Below are positions 1 through 15,060 of a stretch of DNA of 64,000 nt, piece after piece. The notes beneath the pieces are model-generated. The model worked only from the letters and a program-made list of their open reading frames with translations. It was not told the DNA's origin and did not search any database. A program made the translations under genes and the position numbers. Within the stretch, counting starts at the first letter, position 1. Each line of letters opens with the position of its first letter. Source of the stretch: Octopus vulgaris (taxonomy: Eukaryota); contig OX597834.1 of NCBI GenBank assembly GCA_951406725.2, positions 22,444,001-22,508,000 of the forward strand, written 5' to 3'.

Positions 1-1725
1 TAATAAGTTATTCAGCTAATGTTGTCTTTTTCCACAATGCACAAATATTTCTAATTAGATTTCACTGATGGTCATTAACACTAACTTAATTACCACTTTT
101 CTTGCTTATGTCATCTCTGGCTAATTAACATCAGCTATTTAATTATTCATTTTTTTTATCTGCTAATTTATCCAGTTTTCCATTTAAGTATTTACAATGA
201 CACTTTTGGAAGTTTCCCACATAAAAAATGTATGTTAAAAGGAGAAGAGTAAGGATTTAAAGTCCAAATTTGTAATGGTTGTGAGTTATAATAATTTACA
301 ATGATATGTAAATATATACTTCATTTCCGTATTTGGTTTGCAAGATTCTTGATGTGAATTCATGTGTTGAAATAAATCTTTTTTGTCTTGGGAAGGTCGT
401 TATGCCAATAACACATGCACTGGTTCAATATCACTTCTTTGATGTTATGACTAACAATAAAGAAGTGATATCGAACCTGTGCCTGTATTATTGCTGGTGT
501 ACTGATCCTCCCAATACACAACGAGATAAATATATTCTTTAATGTAATTTAAATTAGTAATCTAGTCCCAGTGGTTTCATGCTGGCATGTTATTCAGTAT
601 TTTGCCAACACAGTGGTTGCACCACCATTGGTACTAAGTTACTAATCTAAATTTCATTTAAAAAATTTATTATCCACCTTTACTGTATTGAGCACTCTTT
701 CTTTCATTTTCTTATTGAAGTATCATGTATCTGTGTGTATATAATAATAATAATAATAATAATAATATAACAGCATGTATATATTGGGTTAACAAACCCT
801 TAGAATAAAAATATGTCAATGATTGCCTACGGGCTCCAACTTTTTGTATCTAAAGGGTGTTTAGCCCAATATTTATATGCTATTATTTATTAAAAACTAA
901 TTATTTCACGTTCTCTTGAAGTTTTGAAAAATTTATGCCATAAACAGTGTGTATGTATATATATATATATATATATACATACCCACACATACACAAAGCA
1001 TGTGTGTGTGTGTGTATGTCATTTACAAGTACCTTTAAGGCAGGAAAAAATTGGTACAGGATTTCATTTGGTAATCAGACATGGTTGTCTGGTATACAAC
1101 AGATATGCAGTTCAATTCCAATGAAAGGATGTGTCCCTTCACTTTTTTCTGTTTTAGGAATGCTTGTTAATGTCACACACACATTCACACACACACACAC
1201 ATATATATAGTATTTTTTTAAATCGTCACTGTTTACATTATAGTTAATACATATGCATGTATGTATAAAAATATGAATTATATACAGTGTGTGTGTGTGT
1301 GTATATATATATATTTTGTTATATTTAGGAATGGTTATTTTGCCAGTTTAGCCAATAAAAATATATATTAATCTATCTATATATGCACACACATGTATAT
1401 CCATATATATATAATTTATAATTTATCTTTGAAAAATGTTTACTGCTTACATGATAGTGTGTGTGTGCATATGTCTGCATGTGCATATGCACACACACAC
1501 ACACACACACATTTATATATACACACACATGCAAGTGTATACTTACATATATGCATTTCAATAAATTTTCACATCATTTACAGGGAACCAGTTAATTAAT
1601 TCAGGAAATTTCATTTTTTCTTTTCTCTATATTTGATGTTTATCATAAAATCTCAAATATAACATATATACACATCACTACATAGCACATCTAATTTTAT
1701 TGTGACTCCAGCACTAATGTATGCA

Positions 1726-1760
<35 letters not shown>

Positions 1761-1822
1761 AACGAAGACTACTAGGTGTAAACCATTCATTTTATTATCC
1801 ATTACATACATATATATATATA

Positions 1823-2297
1823 TGAGTGGTTGGCGTTAGGAAGGGCATCCAGCTGTAGAAACATTGCCAGATAAGACTGGAGCCTGGTGCAGTCTTCTGG
1901 CTTCCCAGATCCCCGGTCGAACCATCCAACCCATGCTAGCATGGAGAACGGACGTCAAACGATGATGATGATGATTACCAGCATCGCCTTACTGGCACGT
2001 GAAAATAAATATTCAAGCGAGGTCATTGCCAGTGCCGCTGGACTGGCTCCTGTTCAGGTGGCACGTAAAAAGACACCATTTGAGCGTGGCTGTTGCCAGT
2101 ACCACCTGACTGGCACGTAAAAGCACCCACTACACTCTCGGAGTGGTTGGCATTAGGAAGGGCATCCAACTGTAGAAACTCTGCCAAATCAGATTGAAGC
2201 TTGGTGCAGCCATCTGGTTCGCCAGTCCTCAAACAAATCGTCTAACCCATGCTAGCATGGAAAGCGGACGTTAAACGATGATGATGTTGATGATGAT
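1823..2297 (+). mobile_element. Two tandem SINE/LINE 3' tails with (gat)n ends, family A
   Basis: gagtggttggcgttaggaagggcatccagctgtag...catgctagcatgga...aaacgatgatgatg. Homologs at 3773-3960(-), 4718-4895(-), 16853-17040(-), 18827-19008(-), 19230-19335, 31575-31775. Confidence 0.8.
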
Positions 2298-2350
2298 ACT
2301 CTCTAAAAGAGAGTACAGAGTATATATACATAAAAACACACACACATACA

Positions 2351-2572
2351 CAGTAATCCCTTGACTATTGCAGGCGTTACGTTCCAAACCCCCTCCCTCC
2401 ACGATAGGTGAAAATCTGCGTAGTAGAAGCAGTACTGTATATTTTTTTCTTTATTTTTATAATTTGTATGTATTTATTTTATGATAAATGCAAAACAACA
2501 CCACAAAGGAATCGACGTAAGCCTAAATAATAAACCGCAATAGGTGAACTGCAATATGGCGAGGAATTACTG
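2351..2572. mobile_element. Tigger/pogo-type MITE
   Basis: TIR cagtaatcccttg... / ...cgaggaattactg|ta; 222 bp. Confidence 0.7.
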
Positions 2573-2842
2573 TAAAAATATATGTGTGATGGCCTCACCC
2601 ATCAAAGACGATGTATGAGTGTTTTAGTCTTTTAAATCCTGCTTCGTTACTATATCATCTGCACAATGATTCCGGAGGCCTTTTGCCATTAATTTCATCC
2701 TCATATAATGAATGAGGGTCCATAATGAACAGTTTTTCTTCTTCCTCTCTTCATAGCATCCATTAACAGCCATTTAGCATTCAGATTACTCTGTCAAATG
2801 TAATTTTTTTCTTTAGGCACATTGTTTTGGATTAACCATGCA

Positions 2843-2894
<52 letters not shown>

Positions 2895-5504
2895 TACACA
2901 AAGCGTGTGTGTGTGTGTATGTCGTTAATAAGTATCTTTAAGACAGGAAAAAATTGGTACAGGACCTCATTTCGTAATCAGACATGGTTGTCTGGTATAC
3001 AACAGATATGCGGTTCAATTCCAATGAAAGATGTGCCACTTTGAGAGATTTCAATGTGATTGCTTATTTATAGTATAGCATTGTAGGGTAGGTGTGAGAG
3101 GCTGTATCTGGCCAGTTTGACCGTAATATAGGTAAACTATTTGGGTGTAATATTGGTGGTTTAAATGCTAAACCATCCCCTGACTCCAGATTTCCAGCTG
3201 ATTGCCATGGCTCAGGGATTCCAAGATAGCCCAAGCCACTCATGGCAACTGCACAGGATTACCATTTTATTGTACCACTTTTCAAACAATGAATATTCTC
3301 TTATTCTTTCGATTAGGACAATTTCTAAAATATATAAAGCTGTAGCTATCTGTGTATCATGCTTAAAGCAGATACATGGTTGAAAACCTGGAAGCTGTGG
3401 TATTTGTCTCAGGAAAGCATCTTTTACTGATATGTATTAAAAACACGAAAATATATTAATAGCCAAAAAAATCCATCCAGGTGCAGTCATGATGATGCTA
3501 CTTGTGTATTTATGCTTCTATGGGCTTTGTCAATAGCAAATATCCATTGACAAATGCATGTTAAGACAAAATCTGTTGCTGGTGATATATTCTTTTTTTT
3601 TTTTTTTTTTCACTCTATACATCTACAAGAGATACTTTCTTGAGATGAATACAGCAATTTATTAGGCTTTCAATGATGTATCTGCTTTAAGTATGAAGCA
3701 CAGATTGCTATTTTGAACTAAAACTGCTTCTATCACTAATAATGACTACAAAACAGTATATACATAATATATCATCATCATCTTTTAACATCCATATTCC
3801 ATGCTGGCATGGGTTGCACGGTTTAGCTGGATCTGATATAAGACTGCATTGTACTCTAGTGTTTTCTTAGGTGTATTTCTACAGCTGGATGCCCTTTCTA
3901 ATGCCAACCACATTAGAGTGTACTGTGTGTGTTTTTATGTGGCACCAGCACTAGTGAGGTTACCTTGCAACCTGCAAGACTGAACTCATTCAACTGAACA
4001 AGACTGCAGTAAAGAGATAGGCAGCTTTATGCAGGGAGATGAGGAGTTAAAGTCTAAGAGAAGGGGGTGGCGTGGAGCAGATTTCTTGCTGTAGACAAGC
4101 TACATGGCTCCAAACATTATAGGAGCTTGGGTCTGAGTGACAGTTATTGTGAATCTGTAACAGATGTTTCTTATATGAAGTGAGGTTACTAGCCCTACGC
4201 TCGACCCTGAGAAAGAAACTCAGGGAACCAATTGTGGTCTATTTTGGAGTCGGGGGGAAAAGGAAAATCACCCAAAAACTGTCCAAGAGGACATGGGAAA
4301 TGCAATTCACCTGGATTGATGCAAAAATGGCTGCAGCAGATTGCACTCAGCAGAGCCAGCTCATCACCCAGTGGTCCATTAGAAACAGGAAGGACTAAGA
4401 CTTAGGGGTTGAGTGGCCAGGGTTGTGCTGGGAAGATATCAAAATAGGGGTGATGAGGGGTGCATCCTCAACTTATGAGGTGAGTAAAGATATTCACAAT
4501 GAAATAACAGGGATATTATTTTTAAAAAATAGATAGAAACAAACTGCAGCAAAATATATATTTTATAAATGATTTATTTAATTGCTAAAGGGACTTTTGA
4601 ATCATTCTGTGTGGATTAGCAGCAATAATCCTTATCCATATAGGATTTAATAACCTAAGACAGTAAACTGACAGAATTGTTAGCATGCTGGACAAAATGT
4701 ATAGTGACATTTTGTCCATCATCATCATCATGATTAAACGTCTGTTTCCCATACTGGTATGGGTTGAACAGTTTGATAAGCTGGAGAGCTGCATCAGACT
4801 CCAGTCTGATTTGGCATGGTTTCTGTGGCTGGATGCCCTTCCTAACATGCCAACCACTTTACAGAATGTGCTGCGTGCTTTTACACGGCACCGCACGGGC
4901 AGTTGTTTGTCTTTACATCCTGACTTTATATTCCACCAAGGTTGACTTTGTCGTTCATCCATTTAGGGGTCAATAAAATAAGTACCGGTTGTGCATTGGA
5001 GTTGATTTAACCGACTTGACTCTCTCCTTTGAAATTTCTGGCCTTGTGTCAAAATTTGAAAGCAATATTACAAACCACCTAAGGCAGTGAGCTGGCAGAA
5101 TCATTAGCAAAATGGGCAACATGTTCAGCAGCATTTTGTTCATCTTTATGTTCTAAATTCAAATTCCACCAAGGTTAACTTTGCCTTCCATCCTTTTTGT
5201 GGGGGACAATAACACAAGTGCCAGTTAAGCAATAGGATCAATGAAATTGATTTACCCACTTTCTCTGAAATTGCTGGCCTTGTGCCAAGATTTGAAAGCA
5301 ATATTATAAACATCATGTCATATTTCTTACATGTCCATATTTCTATTTCTGAAGATAAAGAAATAAAAAGATGAAATAAAACTAAATTTATAAAAATAAA
5401 ATTATCAATCCAAAGCTGTTAAATTAAAATTATTCCATTTTAGAGCTTTGTTTTTTCAACTTTTATTCATTTTTTTTTTTTTTTTTTTTTGCTTTGTTTT
5501 TCAG

Positions 5505-5657
5505 ACAAACAAATTGACAAAGTTTCAAGAAACGACAAGTCCAACATCGTCAAAGATTCCCACCATTTTAAACAATGAAAACGACACATCAAACCAGGAT
5601 AATTATAGTAACAATGCCCCAGAATATTCCAACTGCAGTGTCGAATCGATGTTATGA
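5505..5657 (+). CDS. Probable terminal coding exon of an unidentified + strand gene
   Basis: Very strong acceptor (long poly-T then gctttgtttttcag|). Phase-0 reading gives non-repetitive TNKLTKFQETTSPTSSKIPTILNNENDTSNQDNYSNNAPEYSNCSVESML*, followed by several kb of SINE-free, UTR-like sequence. The frame is assumed; no upstream exon was found. Confidence 0.55.
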   Translation, partial: TNKLTKFQETTSPTSSKIPTILNNENDTSNQDNYSNNAPEYSNCSVESML

Positions 5658-6839
5658 ATACTTTGACTATGAAAATACACATACACAAACATACACAAGC
5701 ACACACATACATATATACATATATATGTATATACATATATATTCTCATTCATTCTTAAAAGATATGCAATGCCAGAGCTATAAATCAAACAAACTGTGAG
5801 TGGTATTTAAAAAAAAAAGCCAAACAAAATAATTTAAACTTAAATTAAAAAACAATTAATTAATTAGTTAATTAAAAGACAAACGATACAATGAAAGAGA
5901 ATCCATTGTTGATGTCCTACTTTGGCATGCATATATATATAGACAAACTTTACGTTGGATCATTGAAACTTGTTCATTTTTGCTCCTTCCTTTGTTGAAA
6001 AATACACATCTAAAACTCAAGAAGCATCTACGAGAAATAATGATAATAATATTAATAACAATTATAAAAACATTGATGATGGTCGGTGTATAATATTCAC
6101 TGCAGTAGAAGTCTCTATTACTGAACTTTGAGACTTTTCTCTGTAGAATGCAATGGAATGACCAACTGGTTTCTTTGAAATGGACTTTCTCATTTCTTTT
6201 GCTTATACTCTCTCTTCTCTCTCTCTCTTTTTATTGCTCTACTTTTATATATATGGAGGCGAGGAAAGAAAAAGCTCAGATTTCAGTGACATCATCATAT
6301 TATATTTAAAAAAAAACATAAAGACGATGATATTTTGGTCTCAGACAACCAACAGACGAACAGACAGACATTTTTGGTCATATTATTTATTAACCACTGC
6401 TGTGAATTTCCCACTCATACGATGTTGTATAACAAAGAGCAACAAATACTGACCCCCTCACTCCACCCACGACCACCATTAACCAATACCATCACTATCA
6501 TATTTAATTATAGTGAACAGAAATGCAAGTCTAACTTTCAACATTTCCTGAGGTTTTGCACAGCTAGGAACAAAAAAAAACAAAACTATTTTCATCTCGT
6601 TCGAGTGATAAAATTCAAATAATAAAGTCAAATAATTTTTCTGAAGAAGCAAAAAGCAAATTGCAGTCTGTTGTTGAAGCTCAGATAAATGGTGGATCAA
6701 CTAACAGGTGAGACAGGTGAAGCTCAACTGATCAAATAAATTCAGACAAGCAGAGAGAGAGAGAAAGAGATGATCATGAAACTCAACAGATGAGTATAAA
6801 TGATGATTGATGATTTCTGGTTTTTGGTTTGTTTTTTTC

Positions 6840-7460
6840 TTTAAAGTTCAATGGAATCTAAACCATTGGGTGCGGATTGTGAAGCTCAAGTGATATTTAG
6901 CCATGTGAGGAAGGATCACACAAGCTCAGTGGAATATAAACCATCTGGGGTAAAGAAAGATAATGGAAGCTCAAGTGATATTTAATCATTTGATGCAGAT
7001 TTGTGCAGCTCAGTTGAATCTAAATCATCATATGAAGGATATGGAAGTTCAAGTGATATTTAATCATCTGGTGTGGATCATGCAAGCTCAGTTGAATCTA
7101 AACAACTGGGGAAGATCGAAGCTCAAGTGATATTTAACTATCTGGTGCTGATCATGCAGCTCAGTTCAAACTCAACTATCTGGTGCTGATCATGCAGCTC
7201 AGTTCAAACTCAACTTTCTGGTGCTGACCATGCCAGCTCAGTGGAATATAAATCATCTGGTGAAGATTAGGAAACTCAAGTGATATTTAATTATCTGGTG
7301 CAGATCATGTAACTCAGTTCAACCTAAACCTTCTGGGGGAAGATCTTGGAAACTCAAGTGATATTAAAACCGTCTGGTGGGGCTCGTTCAGCCCAGGTGA
7401 TATTTAACTAATCAAACCAAATCAACAGGTGATGATTGTGAAGCTCAATGGTACTTAACC
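6840..7460. repeat. Degenerate ~38-39-bp minisatellite with ~77-bp dimer structure
   Basis: Alternating gaagctcaagtgatatttaa and caagctcagttgaatctaaa motifs at ~6881, 6921, 6966, 7006, 7044, 7083, 7118, 7157, 7195, 7233, 7271, 7310, 7349, 7389. Confidence 0.85.
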
Positions 7461-7751
7461 AACCAAACCCTAAAGGTGATAATCATGCAGTTTTATAATT
7501 AGTGATGGTGTAATTGCTAGTTAATTAACTGCAGTTTCTTAAAAACATTAATTATTAAATGAGGCTTTGACTTCTCCATCCACTTTTTTTTAATTAAACA
7601 CTGATTCATTATCTCATTGCTGACAGAAAATAAACATATATATATATCCACATGTATATAAACATATACATCTATATATATATATATATCCACATGTATA
7701 TATACATTTACATACATATATACATACATATATATGTAAGTATATATATGT

Positions 7752-7782
<31 letters not shown>

Positions 7783-8755
7783 CATATATACACATATATA
7801 TATATATTTATATATGCATGTATGTATATATGTGAAACACATACTATCTGCGCTTATAAATGAAGGATCCAGCTGAAATGGAAAACAAGAACCCACTTGG
7901 TGGCCTTTCTGTTGTTGTAACAAAAACGTTTGGTTTTTGTTTTTTGTTCATTTTCTTCTGTGTAAAAATATAAACAATTTCCTTGGAGCTTGTCCTCAAA
8001 TAACGGCGTCGTAAAGAGCAAAGCAACACTTGATATTGGTATTGATCTTAATATTTGGCAGAGATGCTGCTGCTATCTTACATGTGAGTGTTTGTGTCCA
8101 AATTGAAACTATTTAAGATTCAAAAAAATATTAATAATTATAATTAATTAATTCATTCATTCATCAATTAACAGACCTACCAATAGACACAAATATTTAA
8201 TTGCGAGTGTATGACTTCCAACAGAAAAAAAGGAAATACTTAAAAGAAATATATATCATTTCAAAGAAGAATAAATAATATATATACTTTTTCATCAAAA
8301 TCAAACTAAAATCAACGGACATATATTTATGCTGAACTTCAATAATAAAAATAAAAGCTGAAGAGATATTCTGGATGAAAAAAAATAACAATTAATTAAT
8401 AAATACTTAATTAGATTCTTAAAAAAAATGTTATAATAATGTGATCTAAGTCAGTTGGTAAGAAAAAGAAGAAAAAAAATTTTGCAAGACAAACTCAACA
8501 ACCAAACTATAACATATATACACACATTGCACAATGACAATTCAACCGGTCTCTGTAGAATTTTGTACATTCTCTTGTTCTATAGTTAATGATTCATCCT
8601 AACGTTGTAATTTTTTCCTTGTAATGTATTTAATAATTTCTAAAGAAGACACCCACCTGCCTCTTTGGAAAAAAACCAAAAAAAAAAGAAAAAACAAATT
8701 TCTTTCTCTCACAGACTTTCAGCAAGGGAGTCAATCTCATTCCTTGACTTATCTT

Positions 8756-9515
<760 letters not shown>

Positions 9516-11981
9516 CATAAAATTTTAGCCATGAGACATACACATGTTATTTTCCCACAGGAATGTTCATTGACCACTGCTTTCCAACTGCTGCCATTTG
9601 CCTGGCTAAAAACAGATTGCAAACGTTGGGGGTATACATGAGGATATAGACTAAGTTTAATGGAAGATATGCAGTCCATCTTAACTTTAGACTAGATCAT
9701 CCGTTAGATTACTGTAGAAACCATTCTTGTGTAGTAGTTGTATAGTTTTCAGACTCTTCACTTTCAGAATACAACACAGATGTCTGTAAGTGAAATTTTT
9801 ATTATTATTATTATTATTATGATTATTATTATTAGTGGGGCGATGAGCTGGCCGAATCGTTAGAACCGTTGGAGAAAATGCTTTGCTGTATTTCTTCCAG
9901 CAATTCATGTTCTAAGCTCAAATACTGCCGAGGTCAACTTTGCCTTACGTCCTCTCAGGGTCGATAAAACAAAGTACTGGTCAAATATTGGAGTCAATGC
10001 ACTTGACTGACTACCCCCACACCTTTTAAAATTGCTGGCCTTGTGCCAAAATTTGAAACAATTATTATTATCATTATTATTATTATTTCTTGTTCAGATC
10101 TTTTCTTTGCAATGGTACCTCTTCAAGCAGGAAATAATTAGAATTTTGCCTAACGAGATGGCATTAAGGAGTTAGTCGTCCGAAGCTTGAAGTTTGCACT
10201 GTCTCTGGCTCAAGGAAACCCATCTAGGTTTACTTCTTTGAACGAAGAGGGTCAACATTGAGCTTTAATGTGAAAGGGTTAAATGATGCACATGGAACTT
10301 GCCTGGAAGGTTTTGTGAATGATATGGGGGTGGGGGTGGATCATGTGGTTTGGTAAACCATTGCGTTTAGGTATTAAATGATTATCATTGACCTTAATCA
10401 ACTTCCAGATGGCAATTACATTAATCACACTTACACGTTTGTGTGTGTATGTTGTTTTTTATGGTGGTGAGCTAACAGATTTATTCGCATGTTGGACAAA
10501 ATGCTTAGCAGTATTTTTTTGCTGCTCTTTACATTCTGAGTTCAAATGCCACTGAGGTCAACTTTGCCTTTCAGGGTCAATAAAGTAAAGTGCTAATCAA
10601 GTTGGGAGTCAGAGTAATCGACTTTCCCCTCCCCTCAAAATTTGGCTCTTGGACCAAAATCAGAACAAATTACCGTGATGGCAAGCTGGCAGAAATGTTG
10701 AGAGTTGAACAAAATGCTATGCAGTGTTCCTTCCAGGTCTTTACGATCTGGTTTCTAACCTCTGTTGAGGTGAAGTTTGAATCAGCCTTCCAGGGTCAAT
10801 GATTAAAGTACCTGTACAGGTGTCAGTTATTCTCTCTCTTGCTTTCTTTTTCTCTTTCTCACCTGGAAGAAACGGACTATGGTCTGTTCTGAAGTGATAG
10901 AGACTCAACCAGGTCCAAAAAATATGCTCAAGACACACCATATGTTATGGTGGCACCTCTAAAAGAAACCCATCAAAGAGCTATGGGCTTATGGCACAGT
11001 ACGTTATATTTGCTGTGGTATTAGCTAAGATTAGCTTTTGGTTTAAAAGAGGCCATTAATAGATTTTCTGCAAGATCGTGCGAAATAGCAAAAGGAAAAG
11101 ATCAGTTTGTGTACTTTGTTATGTAGAAGTAGAACACAATACTTTCATATTGGTGTAGGACCATTTGGGACTGTATGGCAGGAAGAGGTTTAGCATTATG
11201 CTTGTTTCTTTATTTTGGGTTCCAATTCTACACCATTAAACACATAAAATAAATGACATAAAACAGGAAATTTTCATTTTTTACTATGATTTAAAAAAAT
11301 TTTTTTTTTAGAAAGTCTTAAAACCGAGTCTGAAAAAGACACAAACAAGAATGGTTTTTAAACTCCCATCTGTACACCCCTTACGTTTGTTAAAATGAAA
11401 ATTGCATTGTCAGGATGTTTTTCGTATATTGTTCGGGTTTGCGTTTTTAGCCAAGCCATCTTAGTAGCAGAAGGAAAAAAAAAAGATTGGGAATGAACTG
11501 AAGTTTCATATTTTCATCTCTGCCGTTGCCATTGGACAAAACACTGATAAACTACTTTCAATACTCATTATATATATATATAATGTGTGTGTGTATATGT
11601 ATATATATATCAGTAAATGTATATGTGTATGTATATAATATGTATAGTGTCTTCCTGTTTGGTTGAATTTAGGTGATAAATGATTAACTTTTTCAACTTG
11701 AATGACTGATCAATACTATAAAAGAAATATTAACCACACATTTGTCTATAATAATAACGATATTAATTATAATAATAAAGATTGTACAGTTGTCTGCAAT
11801 ATTATTTAACTGTACAGTGTAAAGTTCATTATATTGTTTTCTGCGAATGAAAATACTTTCATAGTTGGATTAAAATTTGTTGTTTTAATTTATATAAATA
11901 TAAATAAATGTGTGTGTATATATATATACATATATATTATATATTATATATATATATATAATTTTATATATTATATATATA

Positions 11982-12036
<55 letters not shown>

Positions 12037-12831
12037 TTATATATATAATATATATTATATATATATATTATATATATATATATATATAAAATTATGTGTA
12101 TTTTATTCTGAAAAGTGTCTTTGACTACCAACTTTGTGATGATGTTTAGTAATTATCAGGTGAGTGGATTCTTTTTCGTTATTTCTGCATTGGATAATAA
12201 CATACTAAAATAGTTTATTATATATAAATATAAATAAATATATATATATACAACTGTTAAAAAAATAATCAAAAAACAACCTCTAAAAAACACTAACAAA
12301 AAAATGATAACTAATAATAATAATAATAATAATAATACAAAGAGCATGTTAAATAATCTATCTATCTATCTAAAAAGAAAAATTTACAAAAAATTAATCT
12401 CGTTTTGTGTATAAATGTGACTTCTAGGTGAACAAACGTCACTTATAAAGGCTTTAATGGGAAAGCTATGGGTTGCTGCTAACTCTTTCTTCCTCCCCAA
12501 CACACACCTCTCACCCACCACCAACTGCCCCTGTCCCCATGTCCCTCTCCACTCTAAAAAAATAAATTGAATTCTCTGGCTCAGAAACTGTCAGACAGCT
12601 CAATACTGTTGCTTAAATAAAAAAAAACAGTATGTTTGTGTATATATATATATGTGTGTGTGTGTCCATTTAGTGTTGACTGTTGGAAACAAGAGTATAC
12701 AGTACCATAGTAGATATTGATAATATAATATATTCTATTTTGGTCGAGTCAGCCTCTTGCTACTCTGAGTTTCACTTGGTGGCTACACAGAATCTTCAGG
12801 CAAGTTATGACTATATGTACATGTATGTCTC

Positions 12832-12876
<45 letters not shown>

Positions 12877-12879
<3 letters not shown>

Positions 12880-13107
12880 GGAGTAAACACATAAATATGA
12901 AACAAGGTGGAAAAAGAGTACTCAAATACCAGTGGTAGACTAATATGCTTTATTTAAAGCAGCAGAAAATTCAACAAAACCTGTTACTCTGAGTTTCACG
13001 TTCCCGTTCGTCGGACAGTTTTTAGCAAAAACTGTCCTACATACGGGAACGTGAAACTCAGAGTAACAGGTTTTGTTGAATTTTCTGCTGCTTTAAATAA
13101 AGTATAT
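12877..13107. mobile_element. Penelope-like inverted terminal fragment (hairpin) with hammerhead-like motif
   Basis: ~80-bp arms 12943-13023 and 13027-13107, embedded in (TA)n. Minus strand of 12981-13018 reads CTGT CCGACGA ACG GGAA CGT GAAA CTCAGAG TA ACAG. Confidence 0.6.
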
Positions 13108-13294
13108 ATATATATTTACATATGTATATGTACATATACATATGTATATGTACATATACATATGTATATGTATATATATATATATGTATATATATATATG
13201 TATATATACATATGTATATATATATGTATATGTACATATACATATGTATATGTATATATATATATGTATATATATATATGTATATATACATATG

Positions 13295-13326
<32 letters not shown>

Positions 13327-14202
13327 CATATGTATATATACATATGTATATATATATGTGCGTGTGTACATATATATATACATGTATATGTGTTGAATCC
13401 ATAATTATGAGTCCAACAAAATGTATATTGTTCTACTCGCTGTTACGGATTAAAGGTGCCAATACGCAAACTTTTTATTTTTGAGTTCTTATTTTCTAAG
13501 TGAACCTCACTCCTCCAGGACTATAACATACAAACATGCACATACACATATATATGTATGTGTATATATATCTATATATATATATATATACTCACATATA
13601 TATGCATATATATATATACACATGCTAGCCTTTTTTCATAAAATTAAACCAATAATTTCTTTCCTGTATTATAAATACTGGTGGTGGTTTTGGGTGAAAA
13701 TATTGTAATATTGTACCAAAAAAAAATAGAAAACTGGCGACGCTCCCCTTCTCCCCGTCTCTCACTCCAACCCCACAACCACATCATTTTGCTAGTACAG
13801 TTTTGTACTTTATTGTCAGAAGAACATATATATGTATGTATGTGTATATATATATATATATCATTATTCCAACGGTTGATGTAATTATTTTGTTTTTTGT
13901 TGGTTTTGTTTGTATATATTAATCAATCATTAATCCTGAATCAAACAGATTGACAGGATATCGTAATTCTCCGTTCCGAGGGTAAAGAAAATGCATACAC
14001 AAATTGGTCTCATTTCTTTTTCACAACTCACATACCACACACACATACACGTCCCCATCTCCGTTCCTTGTTTTTTTGTTTTTTTGCATCTTTTTCTATT
14101 TTGTACTCTTCAATACATTAATTATATCAATTAAAACATTGCTGACATCATACTGACAAAAGACGTTTGCCTATATCCTTTCTCTCTCTGTCTCTCTCTC
14201 TC

Positions 14203-14234
<32 letters not shown>

Positions 14235-14387
14235 CTTTCTCTCTTTCTAGTTATCTGGCTATATAATAATAAAACATTAAATTAACAAGGGCTTATCATA
14301 AGACCTTGGTCTTATCATAAGTCCTATGATGTTACTTATGACAAATTACCCTGATTTTGATACCTCACTGATGACTAAATGCTTCAA

Positions 14388-14422
<35 letters not shown>

Positions 14423-14469
14423 TGTGTTCTATTTTTTCCTGCTTGCAACAACATACCTATATATGTGTA

Positions 14470-14508
<39 letters not shown>

Positions 14509-14854
14509 CATGTTTTCCTCAAGAACACAATATGCTGCTTTGTCCAGGAATCGAACCCATGGTGTAGTAACTATGAGCACAACACCCTAACCACTAGGTC
14601 TTCCTTCACTTTGCTCCAGTCCACTCAGCTATGACTAGGTAACTTTGCAATGGACTGATCTTCCAAGCAGGGGCAGCATTGACCTGCTCGCCTACCCAGT
14701 GGAGTGGCATTGTCCAAAAGCTAAAAAACAATGCAAAGTGCATTGTGACCAGCGATGTATAACAACATCCATCAGTCTGGTCGATATAATTTGAGTTCAA
14801 TATAGTATATTATGTGTGTGTGTGTATATATATATATATATTCATTCACATACT

Positions 14855-15060
14855 ATATCTATCTATCCGCTCAGTCAAAGTCGACTCTTGGTTACTCTTT
14901 GGATCAGTGTCCTCCAGTCAGTTCTCTCCTGGGCCGCTTCTTTCAGATTGGCTATGTCCATTCCGGTATCACTCTTGATGGTGTCAAGCCAGCGGGTTCT
15001 TGGTCGGCCTCTTCCACTCTTGCCACTGACCATTCCAAGCATGATGTCTTTCTCCAGGAA
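14855..15060 (-). mobile_element. 3' fragment of the same BovB-like RTE family
   Basis: LEKDIMLGMVSGKSGRGRPRTRWLDTIKSDTGMDIANLKEAAQERTDWRTLIQRVTKSRL plus (atag)n tail; near-identical to 29970-30174. Confidence 0.9.

Noticed and set aside
6840-7460. CRISPR-like periodicity
   Set aside because: Inter-motif segments are homologous to each other rather than unique spacers; no cas genes; eukaryotic context.
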